In this document: in pieces, positions 1-12,554 of the stretch
Layout of the letters: every line of letters begins with the position of its first letter
How positions within the stretch are numbered: the stretch's first letter is position 1
NCBI GenBank assembly: GCA_964304625.1
Contig: OZ199839.1
Span: forward strand, 2,172,093 to 2,236,092
DNA: 64,000 bases
From: Kudoa neothunni
Taxonomy: Eukaryota; Animalia; Cnidaria
Direction: 5' to 3'
The notes under the pieces: model-generated
Database searches by the model: none
Seen by the model: only the letters and a program-made list of their open reading frames with translations
What the model was told of the DNA's origin: nothing
Made by a program: the position numbers and the translations under genes

Positions 1-1
1 A

Positions 2-3000
2 TCTTGCAAAAAATGTGGCTCAAATAATCACTCAACCAAAGAGTGCAAAGGTTTTGCAATATGTAAAACCTGCCACAAGAGGGGACACCTCTCATATATA
101 TGCAATAGCAAACATACAAATAACATTAACTGTATCAATTTTAATGAATCTGTTTCGGATGAGGCCAATTATTCGTGTTTTGTTTCTTCAGCGCAGTTTG
201 ACTTGTCTAAAAATTTTACAATACCAATTGAAATCGGAACTAGAGTTGCAACTGCTCTGATTGACACTGGATCTTCCATATCAATTATAAGACACGGCTT
301 CGATGTGGAAATGCACCCTGACAAAATTAGTCTTACATCCGCAGGCGGGAAGCAAATGGAAACCATTGGTACTAGCATCGTCGAATTCTCTCTAAATGGA
401 AAGGTCTTCAAATGGAGAATGGTTGTATGTCATAATCTGGTAACAGATTGCATCCTTGGTCGCGATTTTTTGTCTGCACATGCTGCCCTCATCACCTGCC
501 AGAATGGTTCCATAACACTCCCTGCAGTACGTGGGAATACATGTTCAATCGCCCCGAAACAGGATCACGCAAAAGTTCCTCCATACTGTTTCAAATTCGC
601 CGATAACCCCTTTCACATCTCCACCAGGAAAATCCCTTTCGCCCTCTCCCCAATTTTTAAGGAGCAGATAGATAATATGCTCAACGATGGTGTAATACGT
701 AAAAGTAACAGTCCGTATTCATCCCCAGTGCTCCTCGTCAAGAAGCGCAACAATGAATATAGATTCTGTGTAGACTATCGGAAACTCAACTCTCAGATAG
801 TTTCGGAACAATTCCCCATACCATTACTCCATGACATTATCTCCACCCTCTCTTCTGCCACCTACTTTTCAAAAATCGACCTCAAATCCGGATTCTGGCA
901 GATACCACTCCACGAGAATTGTAAATATGCGACCGCTTTCTCCACTCCCTTTGGCCACTACGAATTTAATGTGTTGCCATTTGGTTTGGTAACAGCCCCA
1001 TCTGCATTCCAAAGAGCCATGACCGAAACTTTGAATGACTACATTGGGAAATTCTGTCACGTTTACCTTGACGATATCCTAATCTATTCCTCCTCTTCTA
1101 ACGAGCACGATGAACATCTCAAATTAATCATGAAGCGTCTCACAGAATTCAACTGGAAACCCAACACAAAAAAATGCATTTATAAGGTAACGTCAATCAA
1201 ATATCTCGGCTTCGTAATCTCAAAAGATGGAATCACACCTGATCCTGATAGAATCAAATCAGTAGCTGACATACCCATTCCCAATACACCCAAACGCCTC
1301 CAATCATTCATTGGCTTCGCAAACTATTACCGCGACCTAATTCCAAACTTTGCTAGCATAGCACAGCCCCTCTACAATGCCATTTCTACAAAACCCTTTG
1401 AATTATCCACCGAAGCTATTAATCGAATAAGTAACATCAAACATTTGTTAACATCCTCGCCACTACTCAGTCTTCCTAACCTGAATAAAAATTTCACAAT
1501 TTCCACCGACGCTTCAGACACAGCCATCGCATCAGTACTCTATCAGGAAGTGAATGGCAAGAAACATGTCATACGTTATGCCAGCCGTATCCTCAATAAA
1601 TCCGAAATTAATTATTCCACCTTCGAAAAAGAAGCACTAGCGCTAGTACATGCACTCAAAACATTTCACCAATATGTCTACGGCAAAAGAACCAAAGTAT
1701 GGACGGATCACAACCCCCTAACTCACCTGAAAACCATCAAAGACTCTCACGGTAGAATATCCCGTTGGCTGCTATTTCTCCAGAACTACGACCTAGAAAT
1801 AGTCTACAAACGTGGCCCTGATAATGTAGACGCCGACTTTTTATCGAGAACACCGTGCGAATCAAATGCTATATCAGTCCATTTCCTATCCCTACCAGTA
1901 GACAAGTGGATATCGGCCCAAAAAGAGGACATAACTATATCGAACATCGCAAAATCCATTGAACAAAATAAATACAAAGGTAAGAGAGTTTACCGATTCG
2001 AAGATGGCCTCTTGGTGAGGACTCTGAAAGCCGAAAATAGAGAAATCAATCAACTTTTCATCCCACTTCAAATGCGCGCTAAAATCTTGGACAGATTTCA
2101 TGATCAATCTGGCCATCCCGGGTTCTTCAAAACATTTTCGATGCTACGAGACAACGCATTTTGGCCCGGCTACGAAATCGAAACCCGAAATTATGTGCGT
2201 TCTTGTAAAACTTGCCAATTGAATCCATGGTCTTCCGAAAAATCCAACTTAATCCCACTAAAAGCTACCTTCCCTTTTCAATTAATGGAATGGGATATCA
2301 TTGGACCTTTCAATCGCACCGATAATCTTAATAGATATATACTCTGCTGTGTGGATCTTTTCACCAAATTCGCCATAGCCATTCCACTAGCTGATTTAAG
2401 AGCAGAGACAATTTGTGACAAACTCATCCAGGAAATATTATGCAAATTCGGTAAGCCTAGACGTATACACAGCGACAATGGTAGGAACTTCGTTTCAAAT
2501 ATTATCGTACAAATCTGCCGTGATCTCGACATCGAGCTATCCCATACTACACCATACCATCCTCAGGGCAATGGCGCCGTGGAGCGTTTCAACCGAACTC
2601 TTAAGCATATGCTACTGAAGCTCGACGAACCCAATTTATGGGACATCCATCTCCAAATGTTAGTGAACCATTATAATAATCATACCAATGAATCAACTGG
2701 TTTTTCTCCCTTTCAACTTATCTACGGTAAAAAACCCAACTTTGCTCTCACACCCATTCTGCCCAATGATAACATGAACAATTCTCCTACCACTCTGTCA
2801 TACCTAAAAAATCTCAAACGTGAACTTTCACGCACACATGCAATTGCACTTAAAAGCCTAACCAATTCATCATCCAAAAACTCAAGAAACTACAACAATG
2901 CAAGTCCTCCTAAACCCATCCAAGTCCAATCTAGTGTTGTTTACAAAAACCCAGCTACCAATAAGTGGTCAGGACCTTACGTAGTCCTTAAAAGACATGG

Positions 3001-3006
3001 ACCCTC
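2..3006 (+). CDS. Gag-Pol of Gypsy A (2x CCHC knuckle, protease, RT, RNase H, integrase); C-terminus continues at 7205-7331
   Basis: Frame open from position 2: CKKCGSNNHSTKEC, CKTCHKRGHLSYIC, LIDTGS, YLDD, TDAS, HHCC zinc finger, D-D-E core, WSGPY. Rejoined end reads KRHGPSTYTISIDNLPTTVHRNNIKSY, stop at 7329-7331. Confidence 0.93.
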
Positions 3007-3135
3007 TGTTATACGCAGAGTATTAACTTTGTAGTGTTTTTACCCTTCTATAAAAAGGGTTATTACGATATCGATTGGTTCCGTAAATAAGTGTTTCTAT
3101 GGCGTGTCCTGAACAGAATTCGAACGACATTAACA
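3007..3135 (+). repeat. 5' LTR of Gypsy B
   Basis: TGTTATACG...CATTAACA, identical to 7071-7199 by visual comparison; TATAAAAA at 3049. Confidence 0.97.
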
Positions 3136-6100
3136 ATGGCGCAGTGAGCAGGATCGCGAGGCCGCAACTATATGATGGAAAGAGCTGTCCAAAAAATTGG
3201 TTCAGAAGATTTGAGCTTTCCGTGAGAAGACAAAACTTGAATGTTGTCTTATATAGTTCTGAGTTGTTGCTATCATTGGATGATAACGTTTGGACGATGG
3301 TTTCATCAGTGGGTCTGGATGAAAATACGCCATATGAACAAATTAAAGTTTACATCATGGAACGATTTGGCCAAGAGATTGATCATTATGATGCAATGAA
3401 ATGTTTTGTGAATCGGATGCAGCGAGAAGATGAGAATGTGCAACAATTCGCGGAAAACCTGATAGCACTCGGGCGGAAGTGCTATACAACCATGCACACA
3501 AGTGAATTTGATCGAGTGATATGTAACCAATTCATCAGAGGACTTCGTTCTGAAGATTCTAAGAAGTTTTTGTTACTTGGGAACATGACTAATGTTCATG
3601 ATGCCCTTAGAGCCGCTAAACGACTTGAAAGTCTGGATGGATCATCAAATGTCATGGTTAATTCTGAAAAAGAAGAACGTTTGCTTGCTTTAAAAACGGA
3701 TATTAAGAGCTCGAGTGTTTCGGAAAGAATTCGTGAGCTAGAGGAGGCCATAAAGTCATTGAGACTGAATGTGGAAAATGTGAGTCCTCCGCGGAAAAAT
3801 ATATCAAAAGGTTGGAATGGAAAGAATAGAAGATGTTTCAGATGTCATAAAATTGGACATTTAATTAGAGATTGCCCTCAAAATTATTCTAAATTTCATT
3901 ATTTGGTGTCTTCTATTGGCGCATTAAAAAATGAGAGAATTTACGTTGGAGTGGATATAGCAGGATTATTCACCAAAGCAATTGTAGATTCTGGGTCGGA
4001 TGTTTCGTTGATAAGCGATTCATTCATAAATAAAATGAAGGTTAGACCCAAAATTTTTAGTGCGAATTGCACGTTGACTGTGGCAACCGGTGAGACTCAA
4101 ATGATCACTGGAGAATGTGAATTAAGCATGATAATAATGAATTTGGAAATAAGAAGAAAACTTTTAGTGATTAAGAATCTTGTATCAGATGTGATTATTG
4201 GACTTGATATCATGAGAGACTTAAATTTTATCATCGACATTACTACAGGAAGAGTGTTTCGGGGCAGACAGTCATTTCTGTCGTGCAGCACATTGAAAGC
4301 GTCGGACTCTGATGGTTTTTTTGAGGAGTATCAAGATATAATTCATCAAAAAGGTCAAAAACTGAGGAAAACAAATATTGTACAACATGATATATTATTA
4401 AAATATCAAGCATACCCAATCAGACAACGACAGAGGCGAATTCCTTTTGCACTACGTCCGGCGATTAAGGATGAAATCAAATCATTGATTAAGGAAGATA
4501 TTATAGAACCATCAAATAGTCCATGGGCATTTAATATTGTTCCCGTACGTAAGAAAGAAGGCTCTATACGAATTTGTGTAGATTACAGGCAACTGAATAA
4601 TATTACGAAACGAGATTCATTTCCTCTGCCGAGAATCGATGATATTATGGATAATCTTGATGGTGCTGAGTGGTTTTCTACGATTGATCTTTCCAAGGGA
4701 TATTATCAGATATGTCTCAGTGAAAGAGCGAAAGAGATGACTGCGTTTTACACTCCGGATGGATTGTATCAATTTAAACGTATGCCGTTTGGGTTGTGCA
4801 ATGGCCCCGCTACGTTTCAAAGGCTGATGAATCAAGTTTTTAAAAATGTGATAAATAAGTTTTGTGTCATATATCTCGATGATATAATTATATACAGCAA
4901 GTCAAGAGAAGAACATATGCATCATCTCAAAATAATATTTGATATAATACGAAATGCAAGCCTTTCTATAAATTTAAAGAAATCAAGTTTCTTGAAGGGA
5001 GAAGTAGAATTCCTTGGTTATATAGTTGATAGTAATGGAATTCGATCGGATGATAGTAAAGTAGCATGTGTCAAGAATTGGAAAGTCCCTACGAACGTTA
5101 ATGAACTTCAAAAATTCCTTGGATTCGCGTCTTATTACCGTAAGTTTATTCCAAATTTTGCAGATATCGCACATCCCTTATATCAGTTAACAAAGAAAAA
5201 GACCGCTTTCATTTTTGATAAAAGTTGCGAAGATTCTTTCCAGAGCTTAATTGAGAGATTGACGTCAACCCCTGTTTTATCACCCCCAGATTGGAGCAAG
5301 TCCTTTATATTGGATACAGATGCGAGCAATAATGCGATCGGTGCTGTGTTATCCCAAAGTCATGATGGTTCAGAAAAAGTTATGGGATATTCAAGTAGAG
5401 TTTTAACGGACCAAGAGAAGAATTATTCGACAAATCGAAAGGAATTGCTCGCGATAGTGAATGGTTTGAAGGAGTTTAGACCTTACCTGTTGGGAAGGAA
5501 GTTTACCATACGAACTGATCATTCAAGCTTGAAATCGTTAATGAATTATAAAGATTTGACAGGGCAACTAGCAAGGTGGATGGAATATATTAGTGATTTC
5601 GACTTTTGTATAATTCATAGAAAGGGTCAAATGCATGACAATGCTGATGCATTATCGCGTACAACCCAATGTGCTATGGTTGAATTGGGTGCTGGAGTTT
5701 GTTTGGATGATGAAATTAAAGAGAGACAAATGAGTGATTCGTGTATTCAAATGGTGATGAATAGTTTACGAGAGAATAAATCATTGAATGTGAGATTACT
5801 TGATAAAAGAACACATGCTCTGTGGATGTGTAGAAGCTCATTGAGGATAATTGATAATGTGCTGTATAGAGTATGGTCAGATAATTTCGATAAAAGTCAT
5901 TTAAGAATTGTTATTCCCCAATCAATGGTTAGCAAGATAATTGAATTAGCACACAACAGTTTGACATCTGGTCACTTGGGCTCAGATAGAACTCTAAGCA
6001 GACTATAACCCATTTGTTATTGGCCTCTTCAGAGGAAAGACGTCGTACGATGGTGTTTGTCTTGTCATGTCTGCGCTCAAAGGAATCGTTTGAATAGGCC

Positions 6101-7043
6101 TTACAAAAGAGAGCTAATGTTAGACAAATCAAGCGAACCTTTGGAAAGAATTGGTGTAGATATTGTAGGGCCGCTTCCAATTACTGATCGAGGTAATCGT
6201 TTTATTTTGGTAGTGATGGATTACTATACAAAATATTGTGAGGCATATCCATTGCCCGATCAGTCAGCGAAAACAATTTCACAGGTATTGGTAGAAGAAT
6301 TTATCGCCAGATACGGCATCCCCAAAAGTATTCATTCTGATAGAGGTGGCTGTTTTGAGTCTGAAATTTATGGTGAGACATTGAGATGTTTGGGTATAAA
6401 GAAGACGAGAACTACAGCTTATTATCCGCAGTCAAATGGAATGGTTGAAAGGTTTAATCGGACTCTAATTGACTCATTGGCGAAAATTTGTACTGATAAG
6501 AAAAACTGGGATAACTACCTTTTTTTTGTATTGTGGGCTTATCGGTCATCAATTCACGAAAAGACAAAAGCTACGCCTAATTTGATGATGTTTGGTCGGG
6601 AACATAGAACAACTTTGGAGCTGATTCTTGGAGAAAATCAGAATATTCCAAATCATAACAGAGAATTTATTTACAATTTTAATAACATTTACAAGAAGGT
6701 GAATATGCAAATAGAAAAAGAAAATCTAAGGAGATTGAATCAATCTCATAAGATCACACATGGACCGACATATTTACCAGGAGACAGAGTATGGTTAATG
6801 AAGCAAATTCGAAATAATAAATTAGATGATTACTGGATTGGACCTTATTCAATTATTAAGAAGATTAATGAAAGGATTTACAAAGTTGATATCGATGGGA
6901 GAGTGGAAACAATAAATTACGATAAGCTCAAACCGGCTGAAAATTATAAAGAAGATACTTATGGCAACTTTGGTGGTGCAAATGAAGGCACGGAAAAAAG
7001 AACACGAAAATCTCCGTCGTGGTTAAAAGATTTTGAATGTTAA
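3099..7043 (+). CDS. Gag-Pol of Gypsy B with one in-frame TAA (6006-6008) in the integrase zinc finger
   Basis: ORFs 3099-6008 and 6057-7043 share a frame. Motifs CFRCHKIGHLIRDC, IVDSGS, YLDD, TDAS, HNSLTSGH...RL*PICYWP...CHVC, DDE, WIGPY. Confidence 0.93.
3137..3154 (+). promoter_or_regulatory. Primer binding site, probably tRNA-Ser
   Basis: TGGCGCAGTGAGCAGGAT one base after the LTR; complementary to ATCCTGCTCACTGCG-CCA, which resembles the 3' end of eukaryotic tRNA-Ser. Confidence 0.8.
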
Positions 7044-7070
7044 AGCAAGCTTCAATCGGGAGAGAGAAAG

Positions 7071-7199
7071 TGTTATACGCAGAGTATTAACTTTGTAGTG
7101 TTTTTACCCTTCTATAAAAAGGGTTATTACGATATCGATTGGTTCCGTAAATAAGTGTTTCTATGGCGTGTCCTGAACAGAATTCGAACGACATTAACA
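7071..7199 (+). repeat. 3' LTR of Gypsy B
   Basis: Direct repeat of 3007-3135, preceded by the PPT. Confidence 0.97.
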
Positions 7200-7294
7200 C
7201 CCTCCACTTATACAATTAGTATTGACAATCTCCCAACTACTGTCCACAGAAACAACATCAAATCATATATGTCCCGATCTTCCCAAGGGGGGAA

Positions 7295-7411
7295 TGTAAC
7301 GGATGACACGCGTCAACCGGATTTAGATTAGTGATATCTAAGTAGATTACTTTTCGAGTATATTTTATCATGGCTTCTCCTATCGACAGCGCAACTAACT
7401 CCACCGTTACA
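7295..7411 (+). repeat. 3' LTR of Gypsy A (117 bp)
   Basis: 8-bp inverted termini TGTAACGG/CCGTTACA directly after a purine tract; Merlin-homologous sequence begins immediately after it. Confidence 0.85.
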
Positions 7412-7597
7412 AAATCAACTGTCTTCACGCCAACCAGCCAATAATAAGATAATTTGAGGATTGCATTAATTTTTAGTTTGGTATGTTGGAAAAATTGTCG
7501 TAATTTCATTTTTCACATATAGTTGGTGGTTGAAAAACATTATTTTCAATTAAATATTTGATAGAATTCTCTTCATTTTCAAGTATATATTCTAGAG

Positions 7598-9356
7598 CAG
7601 AGTTAGGTAACGACCTGCCCTCGAGGGGTATCAATGATAAAGTTAATTTTTTTTGACGGTACTTGTATAATTTCCCCAATTTTTTATTTCGATCTCTTCA
7701 GAATATACATAAGCTTAATAGAAATGTGAACTAAGTAAATTAAGTATTATCCATCCTCCTTTTCTAAATATAAAAGCGAGTAAAAAAATAGACTTAAATT
7801 TTTCCCCAAACAAATTCCTTACTTATTTTTACCGATTGTGTGGTATTAGTTTTATTGTAACTAATGGAAACGTTTAATTATTGTTCTTCACGATTTCGAA
7901 CCATAATTTAAATAAATAAATGTTTAGATTCAGCATCAATAATATCAGGTAAACTTTAAAATAAAAAATTGTATAAAACCAGTAATTCACTCATAACAAA
8001 TATCGAACTTTCACATTCGTTATATTTCTTTTTCTCGTTAAAATAAAAATGTATTCTTGTAAATTTCAAAATATACATTTATCAATCCAATTTTCAATTG
8101 TACTGTGAAAAATTCATCCTTTATACATATAAAAGAGGACTGTCGGTATGTTTGTTTGTGTGTGTATGCCCCTAAGTACGCATGTGCGGATAATTTTTTC
8201 CTTATAGAGAGCCGTATATAAAATTTTTAGAAATTTTTGTTATTCAAAAAAATCGTTTAATTGTTTTCGGACTGCTAAAGTTTCCAAAAAGTATTTATGA
8301 AATAGTGATTTTGTCGATTTAAAGTTTGCTTTTCGGATTAAATGAGTTCAACTATTGGATTAGCACTTGCTTATTTCATGGTTATGGTCGGTTGAAGTTA
8401 ACTATCTCCCTTATATGCTCCATCATATGTTAATTGAACGATGCCATCTGTCATTACGTATAAGATTTGTGCGTTTATTTTATTGTTTACTCAAATAAAT
8501 TCCTTATATCAGGAGTTTTAACGTATATGACTTGATAAATATATTTTATAAGTTCTATTCATGGTGTTCGATGTGGTAAAAAATCTATATATGTTTTACA
8601 AATAACGAATTCGTGGAGAACGTTAAAGTTACATTGATTGAAGCGTTATAATGGAAATACTGCGTTCATAGGTTTCATTAAATTGTCCGCTAAGTTTTAC
8701 TTTACGTGATTAAATTCAATGCGGATGGTTGTACTTTTATTTCACCAAATTATTTAAATTGTTTATGTTGAAATCGACGCAATTTGTGGCTGTTTATGAT
8801 AAAAGCGTATGTATGTTTATGCCGAGTTAAACGATGCTAATTTTAGCAATATCGATTAATTTTCATAAGTTTTCTTCTATCTCTTTTATTTTTTCTATTT
8901 TTTATCTCTTAAAAAGTTAATGGTGCGTCCAGTTACCGAGCCAGGCCAGAATTCGACATTTAAAAATCCTCCAGGCCAAAAAATAACGTTTTAGATAACA
9001 CTTTAACGGGATTTAAATAATTTGGAATGAAAAAAATACAACGTTGACCTTAACTTGTTTAGCGTTGATGTCGAGCCACGAAATTTTTAAATGAACGCAG
9101 GGATTGATACTTTCCTTCACAGAAATTATCATAATTTAAATTGCATAATCCAAATCGTTATAGTAAGTTGCCTAAAAATTTTTAGTTATTTTGTTTCTAT
9201 GGGTTAATTCGAGATTTCAGTATATTTTTTGAATGCTATTAAAAAATGCCTCTAGGCGAAATTTTCCCCAAGCAACGCTGGGCAGTTCCAGCTAGTTACA
9301 TCTAAAGGATCTAAGTATATTCTGGCTCTCCAACCCAATTGGGTTATCGACCTCTG
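7598..9356. mobile_element. Non-autonomous hAT element containing a Helitron
   Basis: Imperfect TIRs CAGAGTTAGGTAAC / GTTATCGACCTCTG; 8-bp TSD TTCTAGAG / TTCTAGAA, the NTCTAGAN target typical of Charlie/Buster hATs. Confidence 0.75.
8117..9295 (+). mobile_element. Non-autonomous Helitron, copy 1
   Basis: 5' TC preceded by A, (TA)/(TG) microsatellites near the 5' end, 3' GC hairpin CCCAAGCAACGCTGGG, CTAG end followed by T, no TSD; near-identical inverted copy at 14072-15281. Confidence 0.88.
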
Positions 9357-9699
9357 TTCTAGAACACTCATCGGTGGGATAATAATGTATTAAACCTGCT
9401 ACACTATCATGATTAATTTACTGCTCCTATAACATTATAATCCCCCTTTGAACTGGCTTAAAGGGGTGTACATCAAATACGGTCCTCATTTTTTAATAAA
9501 GACATCAACCCCGAAATAAAATAGTATGAGCTTTTACTAGGACTATTTATACAAGTCAACATTTATTTTAGGTTCACATAAATTTTTTGAAACTTTCTAT
9601 CGAAAATTGCAAATTCATTAAATCAACTATACAAATTTTTTTAAATTGCTACCATCCGTTTTAAAAGTCGTCAATAATAAACGGAAAAATTTGGTTCGT

Positions 9700-10040
9700 C
9701 ATAAAAAAGAATAGATCATACTGGAGTTTGAAAATTATATTTTTATGCCCGTATATCAAAAATATTTAAAAAGATAGAATTTGTTTTACATCTAGAATTT
9801 TTAACCTAAAAATATTGATATTTTAATTCTACTACAAGAAGTGTTGATTGTAACAGTTGATTTTGCTTAATAGTCAATTAATTCGTTTAGATAAATTATT
9901 CGATCATATTCTTCGAAGTATTAAAAGTTTCTATGTTAAAAAAGACAAAAAATTTTATTTTTGAATGTTAGAAAACCAATGAAATATAAAGCTCCTCTTC
10001 CAATTTGCGCGCGCGACATGGGTATAGCGAGGTTTGACTG
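9700..10040 (-). mobile_element. Fragment of pogo/Tigger-like element (one end)
   Basis: Reverse-complement similarity to about 23640-23960; ends in TATAGCGAGGTTTGACTG, a TIR-like terminus. Confidence 0.6.
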
Positions 10041-10330
10041 TGGTTGTATTAAGAAGGAGGAAAAACCGGTTATGCGCTTAAAGTTTCATTTAATCTTAAT
10101 TTCTAATACCTTAAATTGTTAAAAAATTATTGAAAAAATCTATCTAGATATAAATGAGACAAGATGTTATATAACAAAAATATTATCGTAAATAATTCAA
10201 ACATGTAGTTTTATAATGTGTTCAACAACATGCAGTTTTGCAAGTATGATACTTAGCCGAGGTCGTATGATCTTTTTTTCTATCACCCAATTTTCACTGC
10301 CTTAACGACAGCTGTAATACAACTTAATAA

Positions 10331-11996
10331 CCATCGTGGGACCAGCTGGGGTCATTTGTGACCCCAAGCTCGATAAATCGACTTTTTTTGCATATTGAAT
10401 TAAATGGGAGGGCTCGAACATTCTGGATTCCATAATTATAGTCTGTAATTGATAATTATAAAGTTATGAAGAAAAATATGTATTCACCGACTTAATATGT
10501 TACTTTTAATAAGCGATGTGCTCGCTACTTCATTTAAAGTAGTCGTTACGAATTGTTATCAAAATAATAAATATTGCAAATAAAGCTAATGACATTAATT
10601 TTGATTAGAAAGCGTTAGAGGATTGCTAGAAGCGTAATAAACACATTTGTTGGTTTCGCGCCGATGAATTCCATTCGGATATGGTGATTATACAGAGATA
10701 ATCCTCTAGATGAGATTTCAACAAGCGATGCAACGGAGGCCGACATACATCGAATTTTTACTTTGAATCAAAAAGAAGAGTCAACAATATCCGTCATTAG
10801 GTTTTAAATATACTTATTTTTTACTAAAAATATTTTTTATAGTCTCAACATCTGAATAATTATAAGTTAGTTGGGAAGGGCGCCCTGTTTAATAAACAAA
10901 GATCAAACTGTAATCTACAGTTGCATACACGTATTATCGAGCCGCGCCGGAAATTGTAATCATCGAATGTTTGAGGTTTCATGCTTAAAGTTCACATTAA
11001 AGCTCAATTAGATGTTCGTTTATCATCGTTATCTCCTTGAAAATGTTATAAGTTATAACATAGTGGTATCTATATATTTAAGACATTATATTCATTACAG
11101 TAGGCAACCGATGATACTCACCAACACGCACGCGCAATTATTTTTTTTGTGTTTTCTTTATTTTTCACCATAGGTATTACACCTCGTATTTAATTTAATA
11201 ACAAAAAACATTATTAAGATTATTTGGCCGAAAAATAAATCGCAATTTTTGTTTTTTTCAAATTTATTGGTAAAATTTTGTATCTTTTACACTGGGATAA
11301 AATTTAGTGAATATTCGGCTCTGAAAAAATAAAATTTCTTTTCTTTTTCACTTTTTAGCCCAATATGAAATTTTTTATATTTTTTATCCTAAAATCTTTA
11401 TTTATGTGCATCTATAACATTCTTTAATTGGCAACCAACATTGTCTTGAAATAAAATTTATTCTATTTTCATGGAAATGATCATTTTTTGCTAGATATGT
11501 CAAAAAGCTTTTTCATTCGTTCAAAAAATCAACACACCGAATTTAAATTCCTCTCTCGTTTCCAACTCCAATCAAAACAATTTGAACTAAGTGGTTTTGG
11601 CCGAAAAAAGTGCGTATTATGTTAGTCACGTGATACAACAGATTGGAAATTTCCTAGTTTAATTCAAAAATATTTTTAAGATCTTTATCTTGTTACAATC
11701 ACAAAAATATTAATAAACGTTTCACACAATATAAACTTTGACTAAGTCATATCGATGAAAGTGCGTATTACCGGTTGCATACTGTAATATACAAATAACA
11801 TGGATAATGGTTTATGGAACGATGTAAGCATATAATGGTAGATTAGTAGTGGTAGAAATCCCATCACCTAATTTTTATTAAGTGCATACAATAAGTATAA
11901 CAACTAGATGGACGAAAAGAATATAACTGCTTAAAAAAATAAAAATGACCCCAGTCGGTTCCTCGCGTAGGTTTTTTTAAGCCGGTCCTTCGAGGG
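10331..11996. mobile_element. piggyBac-like non-autonomous element with ATAA target duplication
   Basis: TIRs CCATCGTGGGACCAGC / GCCGGTCCTTCGAGGG, subterminal GGGGTCATTT repeats, ATAA on both flanks; related TTAA-CCC ends at about 50901 and 51666. Confidence 0.7.
11098..11784. mobile_element. Tc1/mariner-type MITE nested in the piggyBac-like element
   Basis: TIRs CAGTAGGCAACCGATGATACTCAC / GTGCGTATTACCGGTTGCATACTG, flanked by TA. Confidence 0.8.
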
Positions 11997-12554
11997 ATAA
12001 TTGGACGTGAGCCTGTATTTCTCCTACTAATATTAATTGTATCATGATTTTTATACGCTCACTCTTAATGATTAAATTAATATGCCGTAAAAGTATGTAT
12101 AATGGGATTTATATTTTAAATAGAAATTAAAATATAAATTTTAGTGCAAACAATAAGAGAATTAAATATTTTAATTTTGTTTGAATTGAAGGATTATGTC
12201 AATAAAAAAAATTATTTGTGCACGCTCAGTCAAAATATTATTGTAACGAACGCGACCGAGGTATTTAAGAAAAATAAACGTCGAATTTTTACTAAATTAG
12301 GCGATACCATTCGACGTAAATCGATTCAATACATAAGCACAAATTCCCTTTACAATGTGATTAAGCTTTAAATGCCGAAGAATTAAAATCAATGCGGTGG
12401 TGTGTATTGAACTGCTTTGCTTGGGACACAAATATTTATCAACCAGGTTAAGCATCCATATCAGACTCAAATAACACCTATTAGGTTAACACTTAACTTA
12501 ATGGCCGGAAAATTGTATTTGTTACAAAGGAGTGCGCGCATTTTCATAGTCTAA

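Larger units (their letters stand above)
3007..7199 (+). mobile_element. Complete Ty3/Gypsy LTR retrotransposon B (4193 bp)
   Basis: Identical 129-bp TG...CA LTRs, 5-bp TSD CCCTC (3002-3006 and 7200-7204), PBS, PPT GGGAGAGAGAAAG (7058-7070), order gag-PR-RT-RH-IN. Confidence 0.97.
1..7411 (+). mobile_element. Ty3/Gypsy LTR retrotransposon A (5' end outside window), interrupted by element B at 3007-7199
   Basis: Gag-pol domains at 2-3006 resume at 7205 once element B and one TSD are removed. PPT AAGGGGGGAA (7285-7294) is followed by a 3' LTR TGTAACGG...CCGTTACA (7295-7411). Confidence 0.93.
7412..9485 (-). mobile_element. Degenerate Merlin (ISXO2-like) transposon, 5' part, split into 7412-7597 and 9365-9485
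   Basis: 7412-7597 matches about 60047-60310 with an internal deletion (TKLKINAILKLSYYWLV.VKTVD). 9365-9485 matches 60310-60432 including the TIR end (GGCTTAAAGGGG...ATCAAAT..GGTCC). Confidence 0.85.

Noticed and set aside
6006-6008. Reassigned stop codon (alternative genetic code)
   Set aside because: TAA, TAG and TGA all terminate conserved host genes at the expected positions, and long ORFs lack internal stops.
7258-7509. 83-aa minus-strand ORF as a gene
   Set aside because: Chimera of a Merlin transposase fragment and the antisense strand of Gypsy A's LTR.
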